NCBI GenBank assembly: GCA_964449145.1
Contig: CAYUYF010000006.1
Span: 2,847-66,846 of the forward strand
DNA length: 64,000 bases
DNA from: an uncultured Gemmatimonadaceae bacterium
Lineage (GTDB): Bacteria; Gemmatimonadota; Gemmatimonadetes; Gemmatimonadales; GWC2-71-9
Direction: 5' to 3'
Part shown: positions 8,725 to 17,798 of the stretch, one piece after another
How positions within the stretch are numbered: the stretch's first letter is position 1
Layout of the letters: each line of letters starts with the position of its first letter
Program-made: the position numbers and the translations under genes
Notes under the pieces: model-generated
What the model saw: only the letters and a program-made list of their open reading frames with translations
Databases searched by the model: none
Told to the model about the DNA's origin: nothing

Positions 8725-10491
8725 TCATGGTCTCGCCTCAACCCGGAAGCGACCGACGATCCGCTTCAGGTCGCTGGCCAGCGCGGCCAGGTCGGTGGCA
8801 GCCTGCTCGGTATCGAGCGTACCCGCACTGGTGTGTCGGGCGCTCTCGGCTACATGCGCGATCGACTGTGCAATCTCTCCGGCCGCGCGGGCGGCGTCGG
8901 TGAGACTGCGGCTCATCTCGTTGCTGGTGGCCGTCTGCTCCTCCACCGCTGCGGCGATCACGGCCTGGATTCCGTTGATCTGCCCGATGGTCACCGCGAT
9001 CTCCCCGATGGCCAGGACCGCGCGACCCGTGTCGCCCTGAATGGCATCAATCCGCTGACCGATGTCTTCGGTCGCCCGGGCCGTCTCCTTGGCCAGCTCC
9101 TTGACTTCCTTGGCGACGACCGCGAACCCGCGCCCGGCTTCGCCGGCCCGGGCCGCCTCAATGGTGGCGTTGAGCGCCAGGAGATTCGTCTGCCGTGCGA
9201 CAGCCGTAATGAGTTTGAGCACCTTGCCGATCTCCCGGCTCGAGACCCCCAGTGCGCCTACCGTGGCGTTGGTGCGTTCCGCCAGCTCCACCGCCGCCGC
9301 CGCCACGGTGGCCGCATCGATGGCGTTCGTGGCAATCTCCCGAATGCTCACACTCAACTCCTCGGTGCCCGCGGCCACGGCCGAGACCTTCTGATTGGCC
9401 ACGTCGCTCCCTTGGCTTGCCACCTCCGCTTCCGTGCTGGTCTCCTTCGCGGCACGCCGGAGCGACCCACTGATGGATGACAGCCCCACCGCTGCCACCG
9501 CCAACTGCTCGGCATGGCGGGCAATCGTACCGATGTTGGCGCGCAGATCCCCGAGGAACCGGTCCAGTCCCTGGCCCAGTTGCCCGATGGCATCACTGCC
9601 GCCGACGGTCACGGGGTGGGTGAGATCTCCGACTGCCGCGGCATTGACCACCTGCAGCAGGCTGCCCACCTGTTCCCGCAGCGTGGCCGCCTCCGCTCGC
9701 TCCCGATCGGATGCCTTGACCACCGCCGCCTCCGCGGCCAGCCTCGCCGTCACGACCTCCCAGGTGACCATCGGGCCGAGGTACCGCTGCTGGTGGTCCC
9801 ACGTCGGGGATACCGTGAAGTCGAGCGTCTCGCCGCCGAACACCCCCCGTTCGTGGTACGGCAGCCGTGCTGGATCCGCCATGTGGCGCGCAGCGGCCAA
9901 GGGATCGGCGAAGAAGGCCGTGATCGCCTTCCCCATCAGCTGACTGGCCCTCATCGGGAGCACTGCGGCGAGCATCTCCAGTGACCGCTGCCCGGCCGGA
10001 TTGAGGTACTGGATGCTGAGATCGGGGTCGCAGCAGATGATGTTTGTCGGGCAACTCTCGATCATTGACAGGGCGCGGCCCAGTTCGACTTCGATCCGCT
10101 GCCGGGAGGTCCGGTCCTCCCAGGCGGCGGTGTACCCAGCAAGCGCACCGGTCTCGTCCAGGACGGAATGGATGACAGCCTTGAGAATCCGTCCTCCGCC
10201 GGCAACGGTGACTTCGTAGGGAAGTCGGGCCGGGTCCGCCAGCGCCTCCGCGAACCCCGGCGGATCGCCGTGGAGGACCGCGAGGAGTTCGCCTTCGAGC
10301 GGTTCTCCCGCGAGCCCGAGTTGCCGCGCGGCAGCACGAGCCCGGTCACTCAGAGCCACGATACGCTGGCGATGATCCGCGATCACCAGCATGGCACCAG
10401 ACCCGACCACCGCGCTCAGCAGCCGGGGCGCTGCCAGCGGATCGGAGACCGGGCTCGGTCGGGGGATGGTACGCGAGACGACATCACTCAT
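8725..10491 (-). CDS. Soluble methyl-accepting chemotaxis protein with two PAS-like modules
   Basis: No N-terminal transmembrane segment. Two modules each carry DPARLPY...W(E)xxT. The MCP signalling hairpin is conserved ([34 protein letters not shown]). Confidence 0.9.
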   Translation of the reverse strand: MSDVVSRTIPRPSPVSDPLAAPRLLSAVVGSGAMLVIADHRQRIVALSDRARAAARQLGLAGEPLEGELLAVLHGDPPGFAEALADPARLPYEVTVAGGGRILKAVIHSVLDETGALAGYTAAWEDRTSRQRIEVELGRALSMIESCPTNIICCDPDLSIQYLNPAGQRSLEMLAAVLPMRASQLMGKAITAFFADPLAAARHMADPARLPYHERGVFGGETLDFTVSPTWDHQQRYLGPMVTWEVVTARLAAEAAVVKASDRERAEAATLREQVGSLLQVVNAAAVGDLTHPVTVGGSDAIGQLGQGLDRFLGDLRANIGTIARHAEQLAVAAVGLSSISGSLRRAAKETSTEAEVASQGSDVANQKVSAVAAGTEELSVSIREIATNAIDAATVAAAAVELAERTNATVGALGVSSREIGKVLKLITAVARQTNLLALNATIEAARAGEAGRGFAVVAKEVKELAKETARATEDIGQRIDAIQGDTGRAVLAIGEIAVTIGQINGIQAVIAAAVEEQTATSNEMSRSLTDAARAAGEIAQSIAHVAESARHTSAGTLDTEQAATDLAALASDLKRIVGRFRVEARP

Positions 10492-11009
10492 GAGGCCGGC
10501 TCCGGGTACGCCACGCTGTTGGCGCCCGCGGTGCGCGGGCCGCGTAGGATGGAGCCAGGGGTTCTACCGGGCGGCCAGCCGGCATCCAGACCGAGTGTCC
10601 GGGCGGTGTCCAGCACCAGCAGCAGGCGGCCGGGCAGCTTGTAGATGCCGGCCACCAGCGCCCGGATCGCGGGCGCAACGTTGGCCGGCAGCGCTTCCCG
10701 GTCGGCACTCGCGGCCTCCAGCACATCTCCGATGCGGTCCACCAGCAGGCTGACGGGTCCAGCAGCGGTGCGGACCACGACGTTCATCGCCTGCCGCCCG
10801 TGGTCGAGGGGCGGCAGACCGAACCGTTCGCGCAGGTCCACCGCCGTCACGATGTGACCGCGCAGGTTGATGAGCCCCCGCACGCCAGGTCCCGCGAGGG
10901 GGACCCGGGTCATCGGCTGCGCCCTGATGACCTCCTGTACCTCCACCACGTCGATGCCGAGGAGGAGGTCCCCAAGATGAACGGTGCAGAACTGGCAGTG
11001 GGTGGACAC
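10488..11009 (-). CDS. cheW: Chemotaxis coupling protein CheW
   Basis: CheW fold motifs [38 protein letters not shown] start; its stop overlaps the MCP start (ATGA). Confidence 0.9.
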   Translation of the reverse strand: MSTHCQFCTVHLGDLLLGIDVVEVQEVIRAQPMTRVPLAGPGVRGLINLRGHIVTAVDLRERFGLPPLDHGRQAMNVVVRTAAGPVSLLVDRIGDVLEAASADREALPANVAPAIRALVAGIYKLPGRLLLVLDTARTLGLDAGWPPGRTPGSILRGPRTAGANSVAYPEPAS

Positions 11010-11012
11010 GGT

Positions 11013-13196
11013 CTATGCCCCCGCGCCGGCGAGGTGCCGGGTCTGGAATGCACAGCGCGGGAGACCCGCTTCCCCGATCAGCGTGCCGGCATCGAGCAGT
11101 TCTGTCACCCGACCCTGGATCACCGCGGTGCCGAGCACTGGGCCACCGTTGCTGCCGCGGTACACCGCGGCGGTGTCCTCGACGACATCGATGATGTCCT
11201 CCACCACCAAACCAACGTCCTGACCCTCGTGGGCGTACACGATCACCCGTAGCGGACGGTCGTCGCTCGCCGCGGCAGGGAGCGTGCGGCCCCCCGCGAC
11301 CGGCACCAGGGGCAGCAGCCCATCGTGGTACTGAACCACCGGGTGGCCCAGGGCGTACTCCACGCTGGCCCGGGCGAATTCCTCCAGCCTGGTCACCCGC
11401 GCCAGCGGCATGGCCATGCGCCGGTCCCCGGCCCGGAACAGCAGCACTTCTTCCCGCGGGCGTCCCGCCGGCGCGGCGCCGCTGACCGCCTCCGCCTTGA
11501 CGCGCTGCCCGCTCATCACGCCCGCGCGATGGGCCAGACCGGGAACGTCGAGGATGAGCGCCACGTGGCCATCTCCCATGATGGTAGCTCCCGCAAAGAC
11601 CGGGATCTCCTGGAGCAGCAGGCCCAGCGGCTTGACGACGATCTCCTGGGCGTCGCGGATCGCGTCCACCACCAGCCCGAACACATGTCCCTCCGCCTGC
11701 AGGACAACGAGGTGCACGACGCCAGCTCCGCTGACACCTTCCCCGAGACCGGCCTGCAGCCCCAGCGTCCGCCCCAGGCTGACCAACGGCAGCAGGCGGC
11801 CGCGCAGCCGGTAGACGGGCGTACCATGGACCATCTCGACCCCCCCGGCCGTGCCGTCCAACCGGACCAGCTCCAGCAGCGACACCTGAGGAATGGCGAA
11901 GTAGTCGCCGCCCGCCGTGACGGTCAGCGCCGGGACAATGGCCAGGGTCAGTGGGATCTTCAGCCGGAGCATCGTGCCCTGCCCCGCCACACTCTGCAGG
12001 TCCACGGTCCCACCGATCTTCTCGATGTTGGTGCGCACCACGTCCATGCCGACGCCGCGGCCGGAGAGGCTGCTTACCGCCTCGGCGGTCGAGAAGCCGG
12101 GAGCGAAGACCAGCTGGGCCACCTCCCGCTCGGTCATGACCTCGGCCTGATCCTCGGTAATGATGCCCTTCTCGATCGCCTTCACCTTGACCCGGCCGAC
12201 GTCAACCCCGGCGCCATCATCGGAGATCTCGATGAAGACCTGCCCGCCCTCGTGATATGCCCGCAGCGCGATCTGGCCCTCGGCGGGCTTGCCCGACGCC
12301 GCCCGTGCCGCCGGCGGCTCGATCCCGTGATCCACCGAGTTCCGCACGATGTGGGTCAGCGGGTCCCGAATGGCTTCGATGATCGTCTTGTCCAGCTCGG
12401 TCTCGGCCCCCTGCATCTCGATGCGCACCTGCTTGTGGCAGGCCAGCGCCAGATCGCGAACCACGCGTGGCAGGCGGGACCAGACGTTCCCGATCGGCTG
12501 CATCCGGGTCTTCATGACCCCCTCCTGCAGCTCGGTGGTGATCAGGTTGAGCCGCTGGGTCGTGGCCGTGAACACGGCGTCCTCCCGGGCCGGCGCCTGC
12601 TGCAGGATCTGGTTGCGGGCCAGCACCAGCTCCCCGACGAGGGTCATTAGCCGGTCCAGCAGCCCGACGTCGACCCGCAGGGAGTTCTCGGCCGGGGCGC
12701 GGGGCGCGGCGGACGGCAGTCCCGCACTCAGCACCGCCAGGGCCTGCGACGATCGCTGGCGGCGAGCGGTCCCTCGTGGGGGGGACGGCGGAGCGGGCGC
12801 CAGGGCCGCGTCGGCGACACGCAGCCGGGTCAGCAGCGCGACCAGCTCCGGGAACTCCTCGTCCCCATCGGTGCCGCTGGTCGCCACCGCGCCCAGGATC
12901 GAGCGCACGGCGTCCACGAGCTGCAGCAACCCGCTGGTGATCGCCGGCGTGAGCGCGAGGGTCCCGTCACGCAGGTCGGAGAGGAGGTTCTCGCCGACGT
13001 GCGTCACCGACTCCAGCTTGCCGAAGCCGAAGAATCCGCTGGTGCCCTTGATCGTGTGGATGCACCGAAAGATGTCTGCCAGCAGCTCCCGGTCCCGCGG
13101 GTTCTGCTCCAGTGCTACGAGGTTGCGGTCGAGGCGGTCGAGGCCCTCTCCACTCTCGGCCAGGAATTCCCTGACGATGTCGTCCTGCTCACCCAT
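11013..13196 (-). CDS. cheA: Chemotaxis histidine kinase CheA
   Basis: HPt site HTIKGTSGFFGF, an HATPase region (DPLTHIVRNSVDHGIE, DDGAGV, GRGVGMDVV), and a C-terminal CheW-like domain. Confidence 0.95.
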   Translation of the reverse strand: MGEQDDIVREFLAESGEGLDRLDRNLVALEQNPRDRELLADIFRCIHTIKGTSGFFGFGKLESVTHVGENLLSDLRDGTLALTPAITSGLLQLVDAVRSILGAVATSGTDGDEEFPELVALLTRLRVADAALAPAPPSPPRGTARRQRSSQALAVLSAGLPSAAPRAPAENSLRVDVGLLDRLMTLVGELVLARNQILQQAPAREDAVFTATTQRLNLITTELQEGVMKTRMQPIGNVWSRLPRVVRDLALACHKQVRIEMQGAETELDKTIIEAIRDPLTHIVRNSVDHGIEPPAARAASGKPAEGQIALRAYHEGGQVFIEISDDGAGVDVGRVKVKAIEKGIITEDQAEVMTEREVAQLVFAPGFSTAEAVSSLSGRGVGMDVVRTNIEKIGGTVDLQSVAGQGTMLRLKIPLTLAIVPALTVTAGGDYFAIPQVSLLELVRLDGTAGGVEMVHGTPVYRLRGRLLPLVSLGRTLGLQAGLGEGVSGAGVVHLVVLQAEGHVFGLVVDAIRDAQEIVVKPLGLLLQEIPVFAGATIMGDGHVALILDVPGLAHRAGVMSGQRVKAEAVSGAAPAGRPREEVLLFRAGDRRMAMPLARVTRLEEFARASVEYALGHPVVQYHDGLLPLVPVAGGRTLPAAASDDRPLRVIVYAHEGQDVGLVVEDIIDVVEDTAAVYRGSNGGPVLGTAVIQGRVTELLDAGTLIGEAGLPRCAFQTRHLAGAGA

Positions 13197-13304
13197 GGTC
13201 GGCTCCCCGGCGGATGGCCCACCGGCACCGCCGGTGGAGGGTGGGTCCGTCGAGCCCGCGACGGTGCCCTGCGCCGGGTGCCGGCAGACCGGAGATGCGC
13301 CGCA

Positions 13305-15656
13305 TCAGCCCGGCCGCGCTGCCAGTGGCAGCCGCGCCGGCTCACCGGCCGCCACCCACCGGTCGGTCGGCACCTCGATGCGGAACTGGCCGACGAGGGC
13401 CTGGAGCTCCCGGGCCGCGCGGGCCAGCTCGGCGGCGGACGCCTGACTCTGCACCGCGCCCTCGCTCGTCTCCTGGGCGGCGTGGGCCACCCCCTGGATG
13501 TTGCGGGCGATTTCCAGCGCGTTGCGCGCCGCCTCACTGACGTTCCGGCTGATCTCGTTGGTCGTCGCAGTCTGCTCTTCCACCGCCCCGGCGATGGACG
13601 CCTGGATCTGGTTGATCTCGCCGATGATGTCGCCGATCTCCCGGATGGCTGCCACCGCCTCGGCGGTGTCGGTCTGGATGGTGTCGATCTTCCGCCCGAT
13701 CTCCTCGGTGGCCTTGGCGGTTTCCTTGGCCAGCTCCTTGACCTCGTTGGCCACCACGGCGAATCCCTTGCCGGCTTCACCGGCGCGGGCGGCTTCGATC
13801 GTGGCATTGAGCGCCAGCAGGTTGGTCTGCTCCGCGATCGAGGTGATCACCTTGATGACCTTGCCGATCTCGGCGCTGGAGGCGCCCAGCTTGCCAACTG
13901 TCCCGTTGGTCCGCTCCGCCACCCGGACGGCCTGGGAGGCCACCCGTGAGGCATCGGCGGCGTTGCGGGCGATCTCCCGGATGCTGGCCGACATTTCCTC
14001 GGTGCCGGTCGCCACCGTGCCCACGTTGCCGGACACTTCATCCGCGGATCGCGACACCATCGAGGCCTGCGTCGAGGTCTCTCCCGCGGCCTGGCCCAGG
14101 CGTTCGCCAACCCGGTTCATCTGGGTGGCCGCGCTGGCCACCGTCTCCGCCGTCCGCGCGATGTTGGCGACGCTCCCTCGCAGGGTGGCGAAGAACTGCC
14201 CCAGCCCCCGACCCAGGCGGCCGATCGCGTCCTCGCCGCCAACGCCAATCTCCCGGGTCAGGTCTCCCACGGCCGCCGCATCCACGACCTGGAGGATCTG
14301 GTCCACCTTGCCCTGGACCTCGGTGGCCAGGCGGCGCTCGTCCTCCGCCCGCTGGCGCTGCTCCGCCTCGCGCATCGCCGCCGCGGCGTGCTGCTGCTCC
14401 GCCGCGGCCTGCTGCGCCCGCCGGACCTCCTCGGCCTGGGCCAGCTCCCGCCGCTGCGCGGCCTCCATCTGCCCCGCCGCTGCGAGCTGCTCGGTCACCA
14501 CCTCCCAGGTGATCATCGGACCGATGTAGTCTCCCCGCTCGTCCCGGATGGCGCACGCCATGAGGTCCAGCGTCTCCGCACCCTGCTCCACCCGGAGCTG
14601 AAAGGGCAACCGGGCCGGGTCCGACAGCCGGGCCTGCTCGCGTTCCAGCGCCGGGTGCAGCCGTCCGACGGGACCGCCCACCAGCTGGTCCACCGCCATC
14701 CCCAGCCGGCTGAAGGTCCCCCGAGCCGACGGGTTGACGTATACCAGGCACAGGTCACGGTCGGCCCAGGTCAGGTTGATGGGCGCGTTCTCCACCAGCT
14801 GCCGGATGCGGTTGACCTCGGCCCGCTGCTGTCCCACCACCTGCCAGTCCACTCGTTCGGCCAGCAGCGCGCCCCGAATGCCGGCGACGGCCGTACTCAC
14901 CGAGTCCGCCATGCGTCCCAGCTCGTCGTTCCCCCGCCGCTCGAGGGCCACGGTCAGGTCACCCGCAGCCAGCGCGCCCAGCGCGGCGCCAGTCCGGCGG
15001 ACCTCATGCAGGATGTCCCGGATCACCACCAGCGCGAGCAGGCTACCCGCCACCAGCACCCCGAGCAGCAGCCCGAACAGCAGCAGCTTGCGCTGATCCA
15101 CCACGCGTTCCACTTCGCCCTCCACCACGCGCTGGTGGGCCGAGACCAGGTGCTCCAGCTCCAGGATTCTTGCCCGCTGCTCCTCGTACCGCTCCGTGAG
15201 TACTCCGCGGGCCATCTCATACGCCGCCTCCCGGTTGCTCCGAAGCAATGACGGGATGTAGAACCGCTTCTCCACCTCAAAGAACTCGAGCGCCGGACGG
15301 GCGGCGGAGTCCAGCTGCGCACGGATAACGCCATCGGACATCACCCCGCGCCAATAGGCGAGCCGCTCGCCAAACTGGGCCTCCAGCCGCTTGGAGTCCG
15401 CCTCGAGCGCTCGCAGCCGGGTGGCGTCCCCTTCGCCGGCCATCCGGAGCATCACCGCGTAGGCTTCCGTGATGTAGAGCGGCGGCGGGAGGATATCGGC
15501 GATCAGGTCCTTCCCCTGGATCACCTCGGTATAGGCCGGTCCCCCGACCCGCACTACGCGGACCGTCTGCCAGGAGAGTACGGCAAGGAGGAACAGGCCG
15601 ATCGTGAAGCCGCCGACCAGCGTGATCAGGCGGCCACGGAGTCCAAGACGGTGCAT
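13305..15656 (-). CDS. Transmembrane methyl-accepting chemotaxis protein (periplasmic sensor, HAMP, PAS-like, signalling domain)
   Basis: Start moved to ATG 15656 ([26 protein letters not shown] = TM1). There is a second transmembrane segment, a HAMP domain, a DPARLPF...WEVVT module, and the conserved hairpin [34 protein letters not shown]. Confidence 0.9.
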   Translation of the reverse strand: MHRLGLRGRLITLVGGFTIGLFLLAVLSWQTVRVVRVGGPAYTEVIQGKDLIADILPPPLYITEAYAVMLRMAGEGDATRLRALEADSKRLEAQFGERLAYWRGVMSDGVIRAQLDSAARPALEFFEVEKRFYIPSLLRSNREAAYEMARGVLTERYEEQRARILELEHLVSAHQRVVEGEVERVVDQRKLLLFGLLLGVLVAGSLLALVVIRDILHEVRRTGAALGALAAGDLTVALERRGNDELGRMADSVSTAVAGIRGALLAERVDWQVVGQQRAEVNRIRQLVENAPINLTWADRDLCLVYVNPSARGTFSRLGMAVDQLVGGPVGRLHPALEREQARLSDPARLPFQLRVEQGAETLDLMACAIRDERGDYIGPMITWEVVTEQLAAAGQMEAAQRRELAQAEEVRRAQQAAAEQQHAAAAMREAEQRQRAEDERRLATEVQGKVDQILQVVDAAAVGDLTREIGVGGEDAIGRLGRGLGQFFATLRGSVANIARTAETVASAATQMNRVGERLGQAAGETSTQASMVSRSADEVSGNVGTVATGTEEMSASIREIARNAADASRVASQAVRVAERTNGTVGKLGASSAEIGKVIKVITSIAEQTNLLALNATIEAARAGEAGKGFAVVANEVKELAKETAKATEEIGRKIDTIQTDTAEAVAAIREIGDIIGEINQIQASIAGAVEEQTATTNEISRNVSEAARNALEIARNIQGVAHAAQETSEGAVQSQASAAELARAARELQALVGQFRIEVPTDRWVAAGEPARLPLAARPG

Positions 15657-15684
15657 GGGGAGGCGGGAGTGAGGGTCGGAATCG

Positions 15685-16194
15685 CTAGCGAATGCTCTCG
15701 TACAGCTGCTCGGCCAGGACCGCGCCGAAGGCCTCCGGCGACTGTCCCGCAGCCTGCGCCGCGGCAATGTCGGTGCGCCCCGACCCGTCGCGCCGCGCGA
15801 AGCTCGCCGACGCCCGGACCCGGCCAGCCTCCGCCATCTCGACCTTGCCGGACACCACGTACGCCGCCTTGAGCTGTGCGGCCAGTACCTGGACCGCCGC
15901 CATGGGGAGGAAGTCATCCGCCGCGTACCCGAACTGGCTGAGCGCGCCGTTGACCGCCTCCCGGGTCAGCACCTGGTACTTGCCACCCGCCAGCTGGGCA
16001 AAACGGCGCCGCAGGCCGTCGCTCACCGCGACCCCAGTGGCCGCCTCAATCCCGTCCACCCCCAGGGTGCTCACCAGCAGGCGGTTCTCGCGCCCGGTGA
16101 CCGCCACGGCGGTCGCCCGCTTCGGAGGGATCTGGGCTTGGGTACCGGGGGCCAGCACAGCCAGCAACAGGACCAGCAGGGTAAGAATGCGCAT
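15685..16194 (-). CDS. Secreted/periplasmic hypothetical protein, first gene of the che operon
   Basis: Signal peptide [20 protein letters not shown]|Q, GAGGG RBS, high GC3. It weakly resembles TolB-N/LpoB/FlgO-type periplasmic alpha/beta domains (impression only). Confidence 0.6.
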   Translation of the reverse strand: MRILTLLVLLLAVLAPGTQAQIPPKRATAVAVTGRENRLLVSTLGVDGIEAATGVAVSDGLRRRFAQLAGGKYQVLTREAVNGALSQFGYAADDFLPMAAVQVLAAQLKAAYVVSGKVEMAEAGRVRASASFARRDGSGRTDIAAAQAAGQSPEAFGAVLAEQLYESIR

Positions 16195-16271
16195 GAGCCC
16201 TCAACGCGAGTGGCCAATTCCGGGAGCCGGCGCGGCCGAACAGCCGGGTCGGCCTGTGCAGGACACTTCAG

Positions 16272-16299
16272 CTATCGGCCATGGAAGGACGGAACTGAA
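16272..16299 (-). promoter_or_regulatory. Candidate sigma28 promoter for the secreted protein-MCP-cheA operon
   Basis: The minus strand reads TTCAGTTC-N12-GCCGATAG, about 75 nt upstream of ATG 16194. It has the same CAGTTC...GCCGATA layout as the cheY candidate. Confidence 0.4.
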
Positions 16300-16590
16300 A
16301 CAGCCGGTCCAGACCGACGCCCGAAGCCGCCGCTGCGCCTGGACACCGACCTGCACCGGCTGGAGGGAGTGAGCGGGCATAGAAAGCGAGGAACCCTACA
16401 GGTCCGGCCACCCTCCGCGCTCCCCGCCAGGAGTCGCCTTCAGCACCCAAGGTGTGTCCCGGATACCGACACCCCGACCGACCCAGTGTCGCGCCCACGC
16501 AACCCTCGCAGGCTCCGCCGCCCGCACGAATTCGTTGCCTGGAAACAGCTTGGAGGCCCATGCGATGGGCTGAGGCTTCATGGTGCAACG

Positions 16591-16605
16591 TGGCACTAAT
16601 CGTGC
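16591..16605 (+). promoter_or_regulatory. Candidate sigma54 (-24/-12) promoter
   Basis: TGGCAC-TAATC-GTGC matches 9 of 10 positions of TGGCAC-N5-TTGC with correct GG/GC spacing. It lies about 55 nt upstream of a mini-ORF. Confidence 0.4.
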
Positions 16606-16659
16606 GGACTGGGGTCTAAGGTGAGGACGGCTGTGGGTGCCGAACTACGGAGGTGGGAA

Positions 16660-16746
16660 ATGCTCAAAGCCTTGTTTGTCATGATCGTGCTGAGCAACGA
16701 GTACGCGGCCCGGCTGGTCCAGCGGTTCCAGCGCCGGACGGCCTGA
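16660..16746 (+). CDS. 28-codon mini-ORF (MLKALFVMIVLSNEYAARLVQRFQRRTA); may instead mark a small RNA
   Basis: GGAGG at 16649-16653 lies 6 nt before the ATG. The segment is locally AT-richer and is followed by a strong hairpin. It is too short to appear in the ORF track. Confidence 0.25.
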   Translation: MLKALFVMIVLSNEYAARLVQRFQRRTA

Positions 16747-16783
16747 TCGGACCCGCGTCAGCCTGAACTCCACCTGAAAGACA

Positions 16784-16806
16784 GGGGCGGCCCTTCGGGC
16801 CGCCCC
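16784..16806. terminator. Bidirectional intrinsic terminator-like hairpin
   Basis: GGGGCGGCCC-TTC-GGGCCGCCCC forms a 10-bp all-GC stem. It is followed by TGGGTGTTTCTG on the plus strand and TGTCTTTCAGG on the minus strand. It sits 38 nt after the mini-ORF stop and 29 nt after the HDOD gene stop. Confidence 0.5.
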
Positions 16807-16834
16807 TGGGTGTTTCTGCCCAGTGACCCTCGGG

Positions 16835-17698
16835 TCACGAGAGGAACAATCGGGCCCGGTCGGCGAGACCGGGGACTTCCAGCGCGATCTCCGCCATGGT
16901 CTCCTCATCGGCCCCCATCTCGGTCAGCACGTCGGCGCTGGAGCAGTCTGGCCCGCCCTCCTCCGCCAGCCCCACCCCTGCCTCGGTACACAGCACCTCG
17001 GCTGCCTGCACGACCCGGCTGATCCCCTGCAGGTGCTCGTCGGCCTGGTGCGGATGGTGGTGATTGGTGACCGCCTCGGCGAGAAATGGCGGGAGCGCCC
17101 ATCTACCGAGGAGGAGCCCGCCAACGGCCCCGTGGTCCATCCCCAGATGGGACTCCTCGGCCTGCCACAATTGCCCCCCATGGGCCGACCGCACCGCGAG
17201 GGCCTCAAGGAATTCCCGGGGGAAGTGCTGCTCCAGAATCAGCAGTCCGGCATCGTGCAGCAAACCCGCCACGTAGACATCGTCCCCGCTGATGGCCGGA
17301 TCCTCGCCGAAGCGCTCCCACAACCGGCGCGCGACCATACCGACGGCCGCGGAATGCACCCAGAACGCCTGGTGGTCGAGCCCTCCCTGCCTCGACTTGA
17401 AGGCCTTGACCACGGCCAGCACGATGCAGACGGCCCGGACCTGGTTGATGCCCAGGCGGGCCACGGCCGCGTGGACCGAGGCGATGCGCTCGCCGGGACG
17501 GGAGAACGCGGCAGAGTTCGCAGCTCGCAGCAGGCGGGCGGTCAGGGAGGGATCGCGCTCGATGATCGCGGCAACGTCGGCGGCCCCCGCCCGCTCATCG
17601 TCCAGGACGCGATGGAGGTGAAACACCACCGTTGGCAGGGTGGGGAGGTTCTCTCCCTTGGCCAACAGCTCCCGCATGCCATTGATGATGTAGGGCAC
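16835..17698 (-). CDS. HDOD domain signalling protein (second copy)
   Basis: LPTLPTVVFHLHRVLDDERAGAADVAAIIERDPSLTARLLRAANSAAF...LGINQVR plus GLLHDAG. GTG start. Confidence 0.85.
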   Translation of the reverse strand: MPYIINGMRELLAKGENLPTLPTVVFHLHRVLDDERAGAADVAAIIERDPSLTARLLRAANSAAFSRPGERIASVHAAVARLGINQVRAVCIVLAVVKAFKSRQGGLDHQAFWVHSAAVGMVARRLWERFGEDPAISGDDVYVAGLLHDAGLLILEQHFPREFLEALAVRSAHGGQLWQAEESHLGMDHGAVGGLLLGRWALPPFLAEAVTNHHHPHQADEHLQGISRVVQAAEVLCTEAGVGLAEEGGPDCSSADVLTEMGADEETMAEIALEVPGLADRARLFLS

Positions 17699-17743
17699 TC
17701 ACTTCCCCCTGTGCGGAGGGGGCCTCCAGGCCCCCAAGGATTC

Positions 17744-17771
17744 TCAAGGTATCGGCAGGCGCCTCCGATAC
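17744..17771 (+). promoter_or_regulatory. Candidate sigma28 promoter for motAB
   Basis: The plus strand reads TCAAGGTA-N12-TCCGATAC, about 28 nt upstream of the motA ATG. It overlaps the divergent candidate as a near-palindrome. Confidence 0.45.
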
Positions 17772-17775
17772 TTCA
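17749..17775 (-). promoter_or_regulatory. Candidate sigma28 promoter for the HDOD gene
   Basis: The minus strand reads TGAAGTAT-N11-GCCGATAC, against the consensus TAAAGTTT-N11-GCCGATAA. Confidence 0.5.
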
Positions 17776-17798
17776 GCCATGCAAGGGATGGCGCGTCC

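Noticed and set aside
8725-14100. Near-identical stretches in the two MCP genes considered as a duplicated or repeat element or a recombination substrate.
   Set aside because: The similarity is confined to the universally conserved MCP signalling hairpin and the shared PAS-like module. It reflects paralogy within coding sequence, not a mobile or non-coding repeat.
16138-16599. ORFs inside the 640-bp gap treated as possible genes or a pseudogene: 16138-16599 (+, 153 aa), 16268-16588 (-, 106 aa) and 16396-16596 (-, 66 aa).
   Set aside because: None has a ribosome-binding site or family motifs. They have odd composition (Arg/Pro/Trp-rich) and overlap each other. The GC3 of the best candidate looked lower than in real genes. 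A degraded gene remnant cannot be excluded without a database search.
16195-16650. CsrB/RsmZ-like decoy sRNA for CsrA, considered because of many GGA triplets (e.g. GGAAGGACGGAA at 16283-16294).
   Set aside because: By rough expectation the GGA density is only about twofold above chance for this base composition. The motifs are not regularly spaced or obviously presented in hairpin loops. No promoter/terminator pair brackets the region.
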